Shown here one piece after another: positions 1-9,679 of a DNA stretch of 64,000 nt. The stretch's first letter is position 1. Each line of letters opens with the position of its first letter. The translations under genes were made by a program, and so were the position numbers. The stretch is from Candidatus Omnitrophota bacterium (GTDB lineage Bacteria; Omnitrophota; Gorgyraeia; DTHP01). Under the pieces are notes generated by a model that was not told where the DNA came from, did not search any database, and worked only from the letters and a program-made list of their open reading frames with translations. The stretch spans positions 139,231 to 203,230 of the forward strand of contig JAMWCW010000002.1 in assembly GCA_023819145.1 (NCBI GenBank), in the 5' to 3' direction.

Positions 1-524
1 ATACGCGTAGCTTTTTGATAACTCATCCTCTGTGCAAGAAAAGCTCTTAAAACCCTTCCTCCATCCATGGGAAAAGCAGGAAGGAGATTAAAAAATGCCA
101 GCAAGGGATTAATCCAAAAAGCATAGGCAAAGGTTTGTGGCCAGGTATTTAAAGAAGGAGTAAAAAAATATTCGGGGCCAAGAATTTTATACAGAGGAAT
201 AAATAAAACCAGCGCAAAAATGATGTTAAAGAGCGGACCGGATATTGCTACAATAAACTCTTCACGGGGGTTCTCTGGCATCTTACGCATCGCTGCCACC
301 CCTCCGATAGGCATGAGGATAATATTATCTACTTTAATCCCAAACCTCTTTGCCTGGATACTGTGCATAAGCTCATGTACCGTAACACAGAGAAATACAA
401 AGAAAATAATAAATATCCCCCTTAAACCATAACTAAGGCCAAAGATAAGAGGAAGAAGCAAAAAAGTAATATGAATTTCGAGATTTATACCCAAGATTTT
501 AAATAAACGCACTGAACCTTTCAT
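1..524 (-). CDS. M50 family zinc metalloprotease (site-2 protease-like), 3' end runs off window
   Basis: Minus-strand translation from ATG (revcomp of cat at 522-524) gives MKGSVRLFKILGINLEI...HELMHS (HExxH) and ...NLLPAFPMDGGRV (M50 LDG motif). The C-terminus lies beyond coordinate 1. Confidence 0.7.
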   Translation of the reverse strand, partial: MKGSVRLFKILGINLEIHITFLLLPLIFGLSYGLRGIFIIFFVFLCVTVHELMHSIQAKRFGIKVDNIILMPIGGVAAMRKMPENPREEFIVAISGPLFNIIFALVLFIPLYKILGPEYFFTPSLNTWPQTFAYAFWINPLLAFFNLLPAFPMDGGRVLRAFLAQRMSYQKATR

Positions 525-548
525 CTTCTATCCCCATAAATATGGTAT

Positions 549-1823
549 TTAAAGAACTAAAGCTTCTACTATATCTTTTCTATCTTTATCGGAAATCGGT
601 CCGATGAGTGCCAGATTAAGTCCGTTTGTTTTAAAAATACTACTTGCCACCCGTTGAAGGTCATCCATATTTACACGGTTTAATTCTCTCAGAACCTCAC
701 TGGGAGTATAGACCTTATCCATCATCGCCACATTCTCTCCTAACCAAAGCATGTGTTCCATTGTCTCTTCCAAAGCCAACAAAAATTGTCCCGTAAAATA
801 TTCTTTAGCACGTTTGAATTCACTTTGAGTAACCGGTTTATTTTTTATCTTTACTAACTCCTGAATAATTACCTGTATCGCTTGGCTTGTTTTTTTATGC
901 TCAACTCCCGCATTGACAATGAATGCTCCTGTATCCTGAAACTTTTTCAAATGTGTCCCAATCTCATAAGCCAAACCTCTCTTTTCTCTAACTTCTTGAA
1001 AAAGACGAGAAGACATATTTGCTCCTAAGATAATATGCAGAAGAGTAAGTGCATGCCTATCCCGATGTCCACGTGGTAATCCGTGGACCCCCAAGGCAAC
1101 ATGAGTCTGTTCGGTATCTTTTTCTGTAAAATTTGTCTGAACGCCATTTTGTTTTAGCCCTGCTTTTTTAAAATTAATCTTTGCCCCCCTTCTAATTCGA
1201 GAAAATATTTTTTTAGCCAATTCAAGAAATTTATCTTTCTCCAGATTTCCACAAGCAACCACATTTATGTGCTGGGGCTGATAAAATCTGTCCCGATAAG
1301 AAACAATATCTTCTCTTTTCATCGTGGAAATAGTCTCGAATGTCCCGCACAAGAACATTCCCAAAGGATGCTTTGGCCAAAGGAGTTGACTAAGCAGTTC
1401 CTGAACATAATGCATTGGTAAATCCATATACATCTTTATCTCCTCTAAAATCACCGTCCTTTCCTTTTCTATATCATTTGAATCTAAGCGGGCACTGAGG
1501 ACCATGTCCGAAAGCACATCTAAAGATAATTTTAAATAGCGTGAAGGAATCTTCACAAAATAACAAGTCATTTCTTCTGCGGTAAAGGCGTTAAGCATGC
1601 CTCCGATGCCTTCGATGGACTCTTTTATCTGACGCGCAGTTCTTTTTTTAGTTCCCCGAAAAACAAGATGTTCCAAAAAATGAGAAACACCGGAAAGCGA
1701 TTCTTCTTCATATCTCCCACCAGCGTTAAGCCAGATGCCCAGTGAAACTGATTCCATATTAGGCATAGGGAGACAGGCAACTTTCAACCCATTTTCCAAC
1801 TCTATCTTTGTGTAAGCCGCCAT
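549..1823 (-). CDS. M16 family (insulinase/pitrilysin-like) zinc peptidase
   Basis: 424 aa. Inverted zinc motif HFLEHLVFRGT (HxxEH) near the N-terminus. Overall M16 architecture. Confidence 0.75.
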   Translation of the reverse strand: MAAYTKIELENGLKVACLPMPNMESVSLGIWLNAGGRYEEESLSGVSHFLEHLVFRGTKKRTARQIKESIEGIGGMLNAFTAEEMTCYFVKIPSRYLKLSLDVLSDMVLSARLDSNDIEKERTVILEEIKMYMDLPMHYVQELLSQLLWPKHPLGMFLCGTFETISTMKREDIVSYRDRFYQPQHINVVACGNLEKDKFLELAKKIFSRIRRGAKINFKKAGLKQNGVQTNFTEKDTEQTHVALGVHGLPRGHRDRHALTLLHIILGANMSSRLFQEVREKRGLAYEIGTHLKKFQDTGAFIVNAGVEHKKTSQAIQVIIQELVKIKNKPVTQSEFKRAKEYFTGQFLLALEETMEHMLWLGENVAMMDKVYTPSEVLRELNRVNMDDLQRVASSIFKTNGLNLALIGPISDKDRKDIVEALVL

Positions 1824-1854
1824 AGGTAAATTAATTTGCTAAAACCAAAATGCG

Positions 1855-2298
1855 TTATTCATTATGATTCTTTATATTTGCATTATAATCAAGGTAACTC
1901 TGTAATATTATCTGGGCAGAAATTTTATCTATTACCTGCCTTCTTTTTTTCCTTTTAACATCTGCCTGGATAAGCATTCTCTCTGCTTCTAATGTTGTAA
2001 ACCTTTCATCCCAGGTTTCTATAGGTAAATTAAGATTCTTTCGCAAAATATTGATAAACTCTGATACCGACGAAGATTGTGTTGATTTTCCATATTTATC
2101 TAAAGGTATCCCGATGACAATTTTATCTACGCCATAATTTTTAATTATACTCTTTAAGAATAAGAGATCCTCATCTTGATTCCTGGTTTCCCAAACATTA
2201 ATCCCTTGGGCAGTAATCTTTAACTCATCGCTTATCGCTAAACCCATCCGCCTTTCTCCGAAATCAATCCCCAGAATTCTCCCCATAAATATACGCAA
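1855..2298 (-). CDS. ruvX: Holliday-junction resolvase-like nuclease RuvX/YqgF
   Basis: 147 aa. N-terminal ILGIDFGERRMGLAISD matches the YqgF/RuvX catalytic motif. An alternative start at the internal MGRILGID is possible. Confidence 0.75.
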   Translation of the reverse strand: MRIFMGRILGIDFGERRMGLAISDELKITAQGINVWETRNQDEDLLFLKSIIKNYGVDKIVIGIPLDKYGKSTQSSSVSEFINILRKNLNLPIETWDERFTTLEAERMLIQADVKRKKRRQVIDKISAQIILQSYLDYNANIKNHNE

Positions 2299-2322
2299 AA
2301 CTAAACAAAATGCAATGTAAAA

Positions 2323-3429
2323 TTAAATGTATTCTCTAATTCTTTGATTTCTCTCTAAAAGATGAACCATCTTTCTTAAATCCTTAGTTTTAAATTTGGG
2401 GCAAATTAAACTTACATCCGGAGTGTGTATAATTATCAGATTATCTAAACCCAAAGTAGCGACAAGATGTCCTTTATCTTCGTTGATAATTATTGAATCT
2501 TTTGTTTTATACAAAAAATTTTCACCTAAACAGACATTACCAGTTCTATCTTTTCTTAAAACGCTTGCCAAAGACTCCCAGCTTCCCAAATCGAGCCAAG
2601 AAAAATTTGCCTTGAGCATATAAACAGAAGGGGATTTTTCTATAATTGCCTTATCTATAGAAATGGAGGTGACTTTCTTGTAGATGCACTTAAGTAATAA
2701 ATTAAATTTTTTCTGATTAGCGAATTTTGCCAAATAACTAAACTCTTTGTATACCAGAGGGGAAAATTCTTCTGTTTCTTTTAGAATCTTATCTGCTCCA
2801 AAAACAAATATCCCCAAATTCCAAAAGAATTTTTTGTCTTTAGAGAAAATAATAGCTCTTTCTAAAGAGGGCTTCTCAATAAATTTTTCTACCTTGTAAA
2901 TTTCTAATTCCTCTTTACCATGCTGGGCAAGTTCTTTAATTTTTGATTTTATTTTTATGTATCCGTAGTCTGTATTAGGATAATTGGGTTTTATTCCCAA
3001 GGTAAGTATACAATCTTTTCTTTCTACAACTTCCTTGGCTTTCCTAAGGACGTTTAAAAAATTTCTTTTTGGCTTAATGAAATGGTCTGATGGTAAAACC
3101 GCGATTATTGCCTGGGGAAATCTTCTTTTTATCCAAATTGTTCCTAACAATATAGCGGGGAGGGTGTTTTTCCCCTCTGGTTCAATGATTAAATTCTCTT
3201 TATGCAGGGAAGGTAGCTGTTTTTTTATTTTTTTAGCCTGTTCTTCTAAAGTAATTACGAAAATATTTTCCTCGGGAATAAAACCCTGTAAACGTTTATA
3301 GGTGTTCTGTAATAAAGAATATCGGAAATTCAAAGAAAGCGTATGCTTAGGAAATTTTTTATTTGATTTTGGCCAAAGCCTTATTCCTCTTCCCCCTGCA
3401 AGGATTAGAACATGAAAATTAGAAAACAT
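2323..3429 (-). CDS. mannose-1-phosphate guanylyltransferase-like nucleotidyltransferase
   Basis: 368 aa. N-terminal LILAGGRGIRLWP nucleotidyltransferase G-loop. ManC-like TDYGYI segment. No C-terminal isomerase domain. Confidence 0.6.
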   Translation of the reverse strand: MFSNFHVLILAGGRGIRLWPKSNKKFPKHTLSLNFRYSLLQNTYKRLQGFIPEENIFVITLEEQAKKIKKQLPSLHKENLIIEPEGKNTLPAILLGTIWIKRRFPQAIIAVLPSDHFIKPKRNFLNVLRKAKEVVERKDCILTLGIKPNYPNTDYGYIKIKSKIKELAQHGKEELEIYKVEKFIEKPSLERAIIFSKDKKFFWNLGIFVFGADKILKETEEFSPLVYKEFSYLAKFANQKKFNLLLKCIYKKVTSISIDKAIIEKSPSVYMLKANFSWLDLGSWESLASVLRKDRTGNVCLGENFLYKTKDSIIINEDKGHLVATLGLDNLIIIHTPDVSLICPKFKTKDLRKMVHLLERNQRIREYI

Positions 3430-3450
3430 AGTAATTAATTATTCGATAGT

Positions 3451-4239
3451 TTATTTGTTGAGCATTAATTTCACGAAAGCTCCCACTTTACTTACGAGGA
3501 AAGATTTTCCTAAATTCTTCTCAATAATACTCACAATAGCACTGCCTACAACTACCCCATCACTAAATTCTAAAACTTTCCTTACCTGCTGGGGATGGGA
3601 AATTCCAAATCCTACACATAGCGGTTTAGAGGTAAATTTTTTAACATTCAGAACTTCCTTCTTTAATCCCAAAGGAAGCATCTCCCTTATACCCGTTACT
3701 CCTGTCAAAGAGACATAATAGATAAAGCCCTCTGAAGCTCTAACGATTTTTTTTAACCTTTCTGAATTAGAAGTGGGCGAAGCCAAAAAGATGGGATAAA
3801 AATCACATCTTTTAGCTACCTTTAGCAAATCGTTTGCCTCTTCAGGAATAAGGTCAGGAATAATTACGCCATCTACCCCGTTACTTTTTGATTCTTTGAC
3901 GAATCTTTCTATCCTCTGATGAAAAATAATATTAAAATAGCTCATCAAAATAATGGGAATCTCTGTTTTTTTGCGTAACTTAGAAACTAAGTTTAGAATA
4001 TGGGATAAATTTATTCCCTTTCTTAATGCCCGTAATCCTGCTTTTTGAATGATTGGCCCATCAGCTACAGGGTCAGAAAAAGGAACCCCTAATTCCACAA
4101 TATCTACTCCAGAGGCTTCTAATTCTAAAACTAAATTGTAGGTTGTTTCTAAATCTGGATCCCCTGCCATAATATACGCAATAAACGCCTTCTCTCCATT
4201 TTCTTTCAAATTCTTGAATTTAATTTCAATGCGATTCAT
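3451..4239 (-). CDS. trpA: tryptophan synthase alpha subunit
   Basis: Contains KAFIAYIMAGDPDLETT, typical of TrpA. ATG start chosen at 4239 (MNRIEIKF...). The track ORF began at an upstream TTG (4260). Confidence 0.85.
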   Translation of the reverse strand: MNRIEIKFKNLKENGEKAFIAYIMAGDPDLETTYNLVLELEASGVDIVELGVPFSDPVADGPIIQKAGLRALRKGINLSHILNLVSKLRKKTEIPIILMSYFNIIFHQRIERFVKESKSNGVDGVIIPDLIPEEANDLLKVAKRCDFYPIFLASPTSNSERLKKIVRASEGFIYYVSLTGVTGIREMLPLGLKKEVLNVKKFTSKPLCVGFGISHPQQVRKVLEFSDGVVVGSAIVSIIEKNLGKSFLVSKVGAFVKLMLNK

Positions 4240-4429
4240 ATAACAAATTAAAAAATGCAAAAATAAAAATTACCTCTCAAAATTAAAACTCTAAACCATA
4301 AATAAACTCATAACACAAAACAAAAATTTTTGGATGTTAGGAAATTAATACTTTGCAAATGTGAATTTTTGAATCTATGATTTAATCCTAAGCTTTCCAT
4401 TATTATTTTGATAGTTACTTACCACAATC

Positions 4430-5617
4430 TTAAGTGATATTTGAGCTTATCTTAGATACTATTTCCACATCTTTGTCCCCCCTTCCCGAAAGACAAATGA
4501 CAATTATCTCTTTTTTTGACAACTTAGGGGCCAATTTTGAAGCATAATAGATAGCATGGGCCGGTTCCAAAGCAGGAATTATGCCCTCGGTTTCTGAAAG
4601 CATTTTAAAGCCTAACAGAGCTTCCCTATCGGTAACCGCAATATATTTCGCCCGACCAATCTTTTTATAATAAGCATGCTCCGGTCCCACTCCGGGATAA
4701 TCCAAGCCGGCGGAAACAGAATGAGCCAATTTAATCTGCCCTGATTTATCCTGAAGAAAAAAACTTTTACTTCCGTGCAATATCCCTACCTCCCCTTTCT
4801 CTAAAGTAGCAGCGTGCTTTCCTGAAGAGAGTCCTAAACCTCCTGCTTCTATACCGATGAACTTAACTTGTTTATCCTTAAAAAAAGGGTAAAATATCCC
4901 AATAGCATTACTTCCCCCACCTACACAGGCAATGAGATAATCAGGAAGCCTCTTCTCTTTCTCCAGAATTTGCTTTTTGGTTTCTCTGCCAATTACCGAC
5001 TGAAAATCTCTAACCATCATTGGGAAAGGGTGTGGCCCTACTACCGAACCTAAACAATAATGAGTATTTCTCACATTGCCTACCCAGTCTCTCAACGCTT
5101 CATTTATAGCATCTTTTAAAGTTTTGCTTCCGGTGCTTACAGGTATTACTTCTGCCCCTAAAAGTTCCATGCGAAAAACATTCAATGCCTGTCTTTTTAT
5201 GTCTTCCTCTCCCATATAAATTACACCTTTTAAACCAAACAAACTAGCCACTGTCGCAACCGCTACGCCATGCTGTCCTGCACCGGTTTCGGCAATAATT
5301 CGTTTTTTCCCCATGCGTAAAGTAAGTAAAGCTTGCCCCAGAGTATTATTTATCTTATGCGCACCAGTATGCAAAAGATCTTCTCTTTTTAAATATATCT
5401 TCCCCCCTCCTAAAAATTTTGTCAAATTTTTAGCAAAATAAAGAGGAGTAGGACGTCCAGCATATTCACGCAAATAATAACTTAATTCCCTTTGAAATTC
5501 TTTTTCTACCTTCGCTTTACTGTAGGCATGTTCAAGTTCTTCTAAGGCAAAAACAAGCGTCTCGGGAATAAATCTTCCCCCAAAATCTCCAAAATATCCC
5601 TTCTTATCGGGTAACAT
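4430..5617 (-). CDS. trpB: tryptophan synthase beta subunit
   Basis: 395 aa. [20 protein letters not shown]-lysine motif. GGGSNAIG glycine loop. Confidence 0.9.
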   Translation of the reverse strand: MLPDKKGYFGDFGGRFIPETLVFALEELEHAYSKAKVEKEFQRELSYYLREYAGRPTPLYFAKNLTKFLGGGKIYLKREDLLHTGAHKINNTLGQALLTLRMGKKRIIAETGAGQHGVAVATVASLFGLKGVIYMGEEDIKRQALNVFRMELLGAEVIPVSTGSKTLKDAINEALRDWVGNVRNTHYCLGSVVGPHPFPMMVRDFQSVIGRETKKQILEKEKRLPDYLIACVGGGSNAIGIFYPFFKDKQVKFIGIEAGGLGLSSGKHAATLEKGEVGILHGSKSFFLQDKSGQIKLAHSVSAGLDYPGVGPEHAYYKKIGRAKYIAVTDREALLGFKMLSETEGIIPALEPAHAIYYASKLAPKLSKKEIIVICLSGRGDKDVEIVSKISSNIT

Positions 5618-5709
5618 CTTCCTTTACTCCGTTCGGGATTTGTTTAAATGGTAATTTATTTGAAAGGTTAAATAAATTTTTCTAATACTCTATTCAACTA
5701 TTTAACTAT

Positions 5710-6237
5710 TTAACTATCTTTAACTTCCCCGAGATATATTTTCCTCACTGTATTGAAAAAATCAATATATGGGAAAGTGCGATAGTCCGGATAAGTCGTC
5801 TCAAAATAGCAAAAACTTTCTTTTTTAAAATAGAGTGTAACTTCTGCATATATCCCCTTTTCTAAATAAATCCGATGGTAATAATTTTTAGTCGTAGCAA
5901 GCACAAGCTTAGAATCAGTGAGATAACCAGGGTCTAAATTAATTTGGCGTCTATCGTTTAAAGCAAACCTTTTTTCTAATTTATTGGTAAAAATCTTAAT
6001 TCTTGCAATCTTATCCGGGCTAATCAATTTTTTGAAAGATAAGAATTTGCGTTTCAAATCCTTACCCATTTCTTGTTCGTAATAATCAGTTTTATTAAAG
6101 GGGAAAATATCACTTTCTAAATCCACTTTACCAAATTTCTGTTCTAAGACATTCTTTATTTTATCAAAAAGCTCAATTTTGGAGGAAATCATCCCCATAA
6201 TTAATTTTACAGGTTTTGGATTATAAACCTTTCCCAT
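5710..6237 (-). CDS. conserved hypothetical protein (possibly DUF4416-like)
   Basis: 175-aa ORF with no recognisable catalytic motif. Lies between rho and trpB. Assignment to a DUF is from memory only. Confidence 0.4.
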   Translation of the reverse strand: MGKVYNPKPVKLIMGMISSKIELFDKIKNVLEQKFGKVDLESDIFPFNKTDYYEQEMGKDLKRKFLSFKKLISPDKIARIKIFTNKLEKRFALNDRRQINLDPGYLTDSKLVLATTKNYYHRIYLEKGIYAEVTLYFKKESFCYFETTYPDYRTFPYIDFFNTVRKIYLGEVKDS

Positions 6238-6329
6238 TAATCCCTAAGGTAATTAACCATCTTTTTATTATGCAATTCTTATAAAAAATAAAAAGACCAA
6301 AACGCATTTTTTATTTAAATCTAATTTTT

Positions 6330-7649
6330 CTAAATTTCAAAATCCTCTGTTCTTATGCTCATAAGGAACTCGGCATTGGTCTTGGTTTTGGAAAGTTTAG
6401 AAATAAGAAATTGCATTGCTTCTTCAGGATTAAGGGTGTGCAAGGCTTTTCTTAAAATCCACATCCGTTTTAATTCTTCCGGGTCAAGAATTAATTCCTC
6501 TCTTCGTGTAGCAGATTTACTGATATCTATTGCAGGATATATCTTCTTCTGGAAAAGTTCCCTATTTAGCTGAAGTTCCATATTTCCGGTCCCCTTAAAT
6601 TCTTCAAAGATAACATCATCCATACGGCTACCTGTATCTACCAGGGCGGTAGCAATAATTGTAAGACTCCCTCCTTCTTCTACACACCGCGCCGAACCAA
6701 AGAAGCGTTTCGGTTTAATGAGCGCAGTGGCATCAATACCTCCAGAAAGAACCCTTCCGCTATGAGGTGCAACGGTATTATAGGCGCGTGCTAAACGAGT
6801 CATACTATCCAAAAGAATTACAACGTCTCTTTTGTTTTCTACTAACCTCTTGGCTTTTTCCAAGACTATCTCTGCTACCTGAATATGCCTCTCTGCCGGT
6901 TCGTCAAATGTTGAAGAGATCACCTCGGCTTTAACCGAACGTTGCATATCGGTTACTTCCTCTGGACGTTCATCAATAAGCAGAATAATGAGAACAATGT
7001 CTGGATAGTTTTTAGTAATACTATTAGCGATCTTTTGCAAAAGAATGGTCTTACCACTATAAGGAGGAGCAACAATCAAACCCCTCTGCCCCATTCCAAT
7101 GGGTGCAAGTAAATCAATAATCCTGGTGGAGATTTCATCAGAAGCATTTTCTAAAATAATTCTTTTCTGGGGATAGAGAGGGGTTAAATTATCAAAAAAT
7201 ATCTTATCCTTTCTTTCCTCGGGATTTCCGAGATTTATTGCCTCTACCTTAAGCAGGGCAAAATAGCGTTCGCCTTCTTTAGGAGGTCTAATCTGTCCGC
7301 TTACAATGTCTCCTGTTTTTAAATCAAATTTCCTTATTTGTGAAGGAGAAACATATATGTCATCGGGTGAAGGTAGATAGTTATAATTCGGACTTCGCAA
7401 GAAACCAAACCCTTCCTGAAGGACTTCCAGAACCCCTTCACCAAACATAAATCCTTCCCTTTCCGCCTGCCCCTGTAGGATTTTAAAAATAAGGTCTTGC
7501 TTCTTCAAACCACTAACGCCATTAACATTTAGATCCTTGGCTAACTTATTTAATTCAGAAATCTTCATATCTTTAAGCCGCGCAATATCCAGTCTCTCTG
7601 ATTTATTTGTTTCATTCATTTGCTCTGATTGCTGATTATTCTTTTCCAT
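6330..7649 (-). CDS. rho: transcription termination factor Rho
   Basis: 439 aa. N-terminal RNA-binding region [43 protein letters not shown]. RecA-type ATPase core with Walker A PPYSGKT. Confidence 0.95.
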   Translation of the reverse strand: MEKNNQQSEQMNETNKSERLDIARLKDMKISELNKLAKDLNVNGVSGLKKQDLIFKILQGQAEREGFMFGEGVLEVLQEGFGFLRSPNYNYLPSPDDIYVSPSQIRKFDLKTGDIVSGQIRPPKEGERYFALLKVEAINLGNPEERKDKIFFDNLTPLYPQKRIILENASDEISTRIIDLLAPIGMGQRGLIVAPPYSGKTILLQKIANSITKNYPDIVLIILLIDERPEEVTDMQRSVKAEVISSTFDEPAERHIQVAEIVLEKAKRLVENKRDVVILLDSMTRLARAYNTVAPHSGRVLSGGIDATALIKPKRFFGSARCVEEGGSLTIIATALVDTGSRMDDVIFEEFKGTGNMELQLNRELFQKKIYPAIDISKSATRREELILDPEELKRMWILRKALHTLNPEEAMQFLISKLSKTKTNAEFLMSIRTEDFEI

Positions 7650-8221
7650 ATCTCATCTACCTGCCTTTCTGTAAAATTTAAGGTTTTAGTGTTGTCTACA
7701 ACAAAATCCGACTTGGGAAATTTCTCTTGGAAAGACAATTGAAACTTAACTCTTCTTTTAAACTCTTCTTCTGAAAGACCCAGTTTTAAATGTGCCCTTT
7801 GACAAGCCTGCTTTAAATTTGCCTTCGTTAATATCACATAATTAACCAGCTTGTCCAACCCACTTTCTATAAGCAAAGGAGCATCTATCACTAAAAACTC
7901 TAAACCCTGCCTACGCGCCTTCTTAATCTCTTTCTTTATAATCTTTAAAACTTCCGGATGGACAATCTTGCATAGAAGGCGCCAGTTTCTAAAATTACTA
8001 AAACAAATTTTGGCTAATTTTTTACGGTCTATTAAACCTGTAGAAGCTAGCACATCGTTGCCAAAACCTTTAAGAATTTTTTTACCAACGGTGGTATTCA
8101 GATTGAGTAAACGATGGGTAATTTTATCTGCATCAATAACCTTTGCGCCTCGACGTGATAAAAAATTTGCTACGGTACTTTTACCTGAGCCGGTATTCCC
8201 TGTGACTCCCACAATTATCAT
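7616..8221 (-). CDS. coaE: dephospho-CoA kinase
   Basis: 201 aa. [17 protein letters not shown]-loop typical of CoaE. Overlaps the rho start by about 34 nt. Confidence 0.8.
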   Translation of the reverse strand: MIIVGVTGNTGSGKSTVANFLSRRGAKVIDADKITHRLLNLNTTVGKKILKGFGNDVLASTGLIDRKKLAKICFSNFRNWRLLCKIVHPEVLKIIKKEIKKARRQGLEFLVIDAPLLIESGLDKLVNYVILTKANLKQACQRAHLKLGLSEEEFKRRVKFQLSFQEKFPKSDFVVDNTKTLNFTERQVDEIWKRIISNQSK

Positions 8222-8238
8222 AAAGACAAAAAGATTTC

Positions 8239-9651
8239 TTAAATCGGAAGGAGGGAATTAGTTAATGCTAAAACATTGCGATAGAGTTTTAAATATTTTT
8301 GGGCTGAAACCTTCCAAGAGAAATCTGAATCCATTGCTCTCTTTACTAACCGCATCCATGCTTTCTTATCTTTGTATACTGACAGCGTGCGTTTTATCGC
8401 TTCTAACAAACTTACAGAACTGTAGGTAGTAAAAGTAAAGCCGTTACCTGTATCTGAACGAGGCTCATAGTCAATAATCGTATCTGCCAAACCACCGGTT
8501 TTCCTTACCACGGGAATTGTCCCATATTTTAAACTTATCATCTGTCCCAAACCACAGGGCTCAAAGCGAGAAGGCATAAGAAAGATATCAGAACTTGCAT
8601 AAATCTTTCTTGCTAAGTCAGCATCAAATTTTAAATTTATGGATGTTTTGCGAGGATATCTGGCTTTAATCTGTTCAAAAAGATCATGATAGACTTTATC
8701 GCCCGTTCCCAAAAGGATAAATTGTAAATCCATCTTACAGAGAGTTTCAATTATCGGAGCCAAAATATCTAAACCTTTTTGGTCAGCCAAACGAGTTATA
8801 ATCCCTAAAAGAGGAACATCCTTATTAATCTCCAAACCCGCTTCTAACTGAAGATACTCCTTGTTTACATATTTATTCTGAATGGTGTTATAAGAATATC
8901 TACAGGGTATAACCGTATCTTTAAGAGGATTCCAAATGCTATAATCAATACCGTTAAGTATGCCTACTAAATTATCTTTCCTTTTGGCAAGGAGTCCATC
9001 TAAACCACAACCGAATTCTTTTGTCTGTATCTCCTTACTATAAGTAGGACTTACTGTAGTAATAAAGTCAGAAAATATTATACCACCTTTCATAATATTT
9101 ACTTTATCGTAGAATTCAAAACCATCTATATTAAAGAAAGACCAGTCTAAACCGGTACGAGGAAATTGCTCTTTAGGAAAAATACCTTGGTAAGCAAGGT
9201 TGTGAATAGTAAAAATTGTTTTAGTATTTTTAAAGAAAGGGTCTTCTTTAAAAATGGTTCTTAAATAGACCGGAACCAGTGCAGTCTGCCAATCGTTACA
9301 GTGGATTATGTCCGGAGCAAAGTTGTTTTCTTTAGCGATATTAAATATTTCTTTGGAAAAATACGCAAATCTATCCAAGTTGTCAGGATAATCACCTTCA
9401 GAAGTTCCGTAAAGATAATCTCTATTAAAATATTCACGGTGATTAACAAAATAGACTATCACATTATTACTCAGAAAACCTTTATTACCATTTGCCTTCA
9501 TGTTCTTATAACGGGGCATAACCACCCTTATATCCACCCCTAATTTTCCCATCGCAATAGGTAAAGAACCGGCTACATCTGCCAATCCTCCTGTCTTAGC
9601 AAAAGGTTCTACTTCACTTGCCACATACAAAACTTTTAGACTTTCTGCCAA
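8239..9651 (-). CDS. glgA: glycogen synthase (ADP-glucose type, GT5)
   Basis: 470 aa. N-terminal KVLYVASEVEPFAKTGGLADV, the hallmark GlgA motif. Confidence 0.9.
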   Translation of the reverse strand: MAESLKVLYVASEVEPFAKTGGLADVAGSLPIAMGKLGVDIRVVMPRYKNMKANGNKGFLSNNVIVYFVNHREYFNRDYLYGTSEGDYPDNLDRFAYFSKEIFNIAKENNFAPDIIHCNDWQTALVPVYLRTIFKEDPFFKNTKTIFTIHNLAYQGIFPKEQFPRTGLDWSFFNIDGFEFYDKVNIMKGGIIFSDFITTVSPTYSKEIQTKEFGCGLDGLLAKRKDNLVGILNGIDYSIWNPLKDTVIPCRYSYNTIQNKYVNKEYLQLEAGLEINKDVPLLGIITRLADQKGLDILAPIIETLCKMDLQFILLGTGDKVYHDLFEQIKARYPRKTSINLKFDADLARKIYASSDIFLMPSRFEPCGLGQMISLKYGTIPVVRKTGGLADTIIDYEPRSDTGNGFTFTTYSSVSLLEAIKRTLSVYKDKKAWMRLVKRAMDSDFSWKVSAQKYLKLYRNVLALTNSLLPI

Positions 9652-9679
9652 TTTGTCCTCCTTTCTTTCTTCTTAACTC

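Noticed and set aside
220-432. Plus-strand 70-aa ORF
   Set aside because: Entirely antisense to the M50 peptidase gene, whose minus-strand translation shows HExxH and LDG motifs. No independent support.
4240-4429. 30-codon mini-ORF in the trpB-trpA spacer as a possible trp attenuator leader peptide
   Set aside because: It contains no Trp (TGG) codons, and there are no alternative terminator/antiterminator GC-rich hairpins.
6238-6329. AT-rich imperfect palindrome (aaaaaataaaaa...ttttttattt) between rho and the hypothetical gene, as a terminator
   Set aside because: A purely A/T stem is too unstable, and the putative terminator T-run cannot be told apart from the arm sequence.
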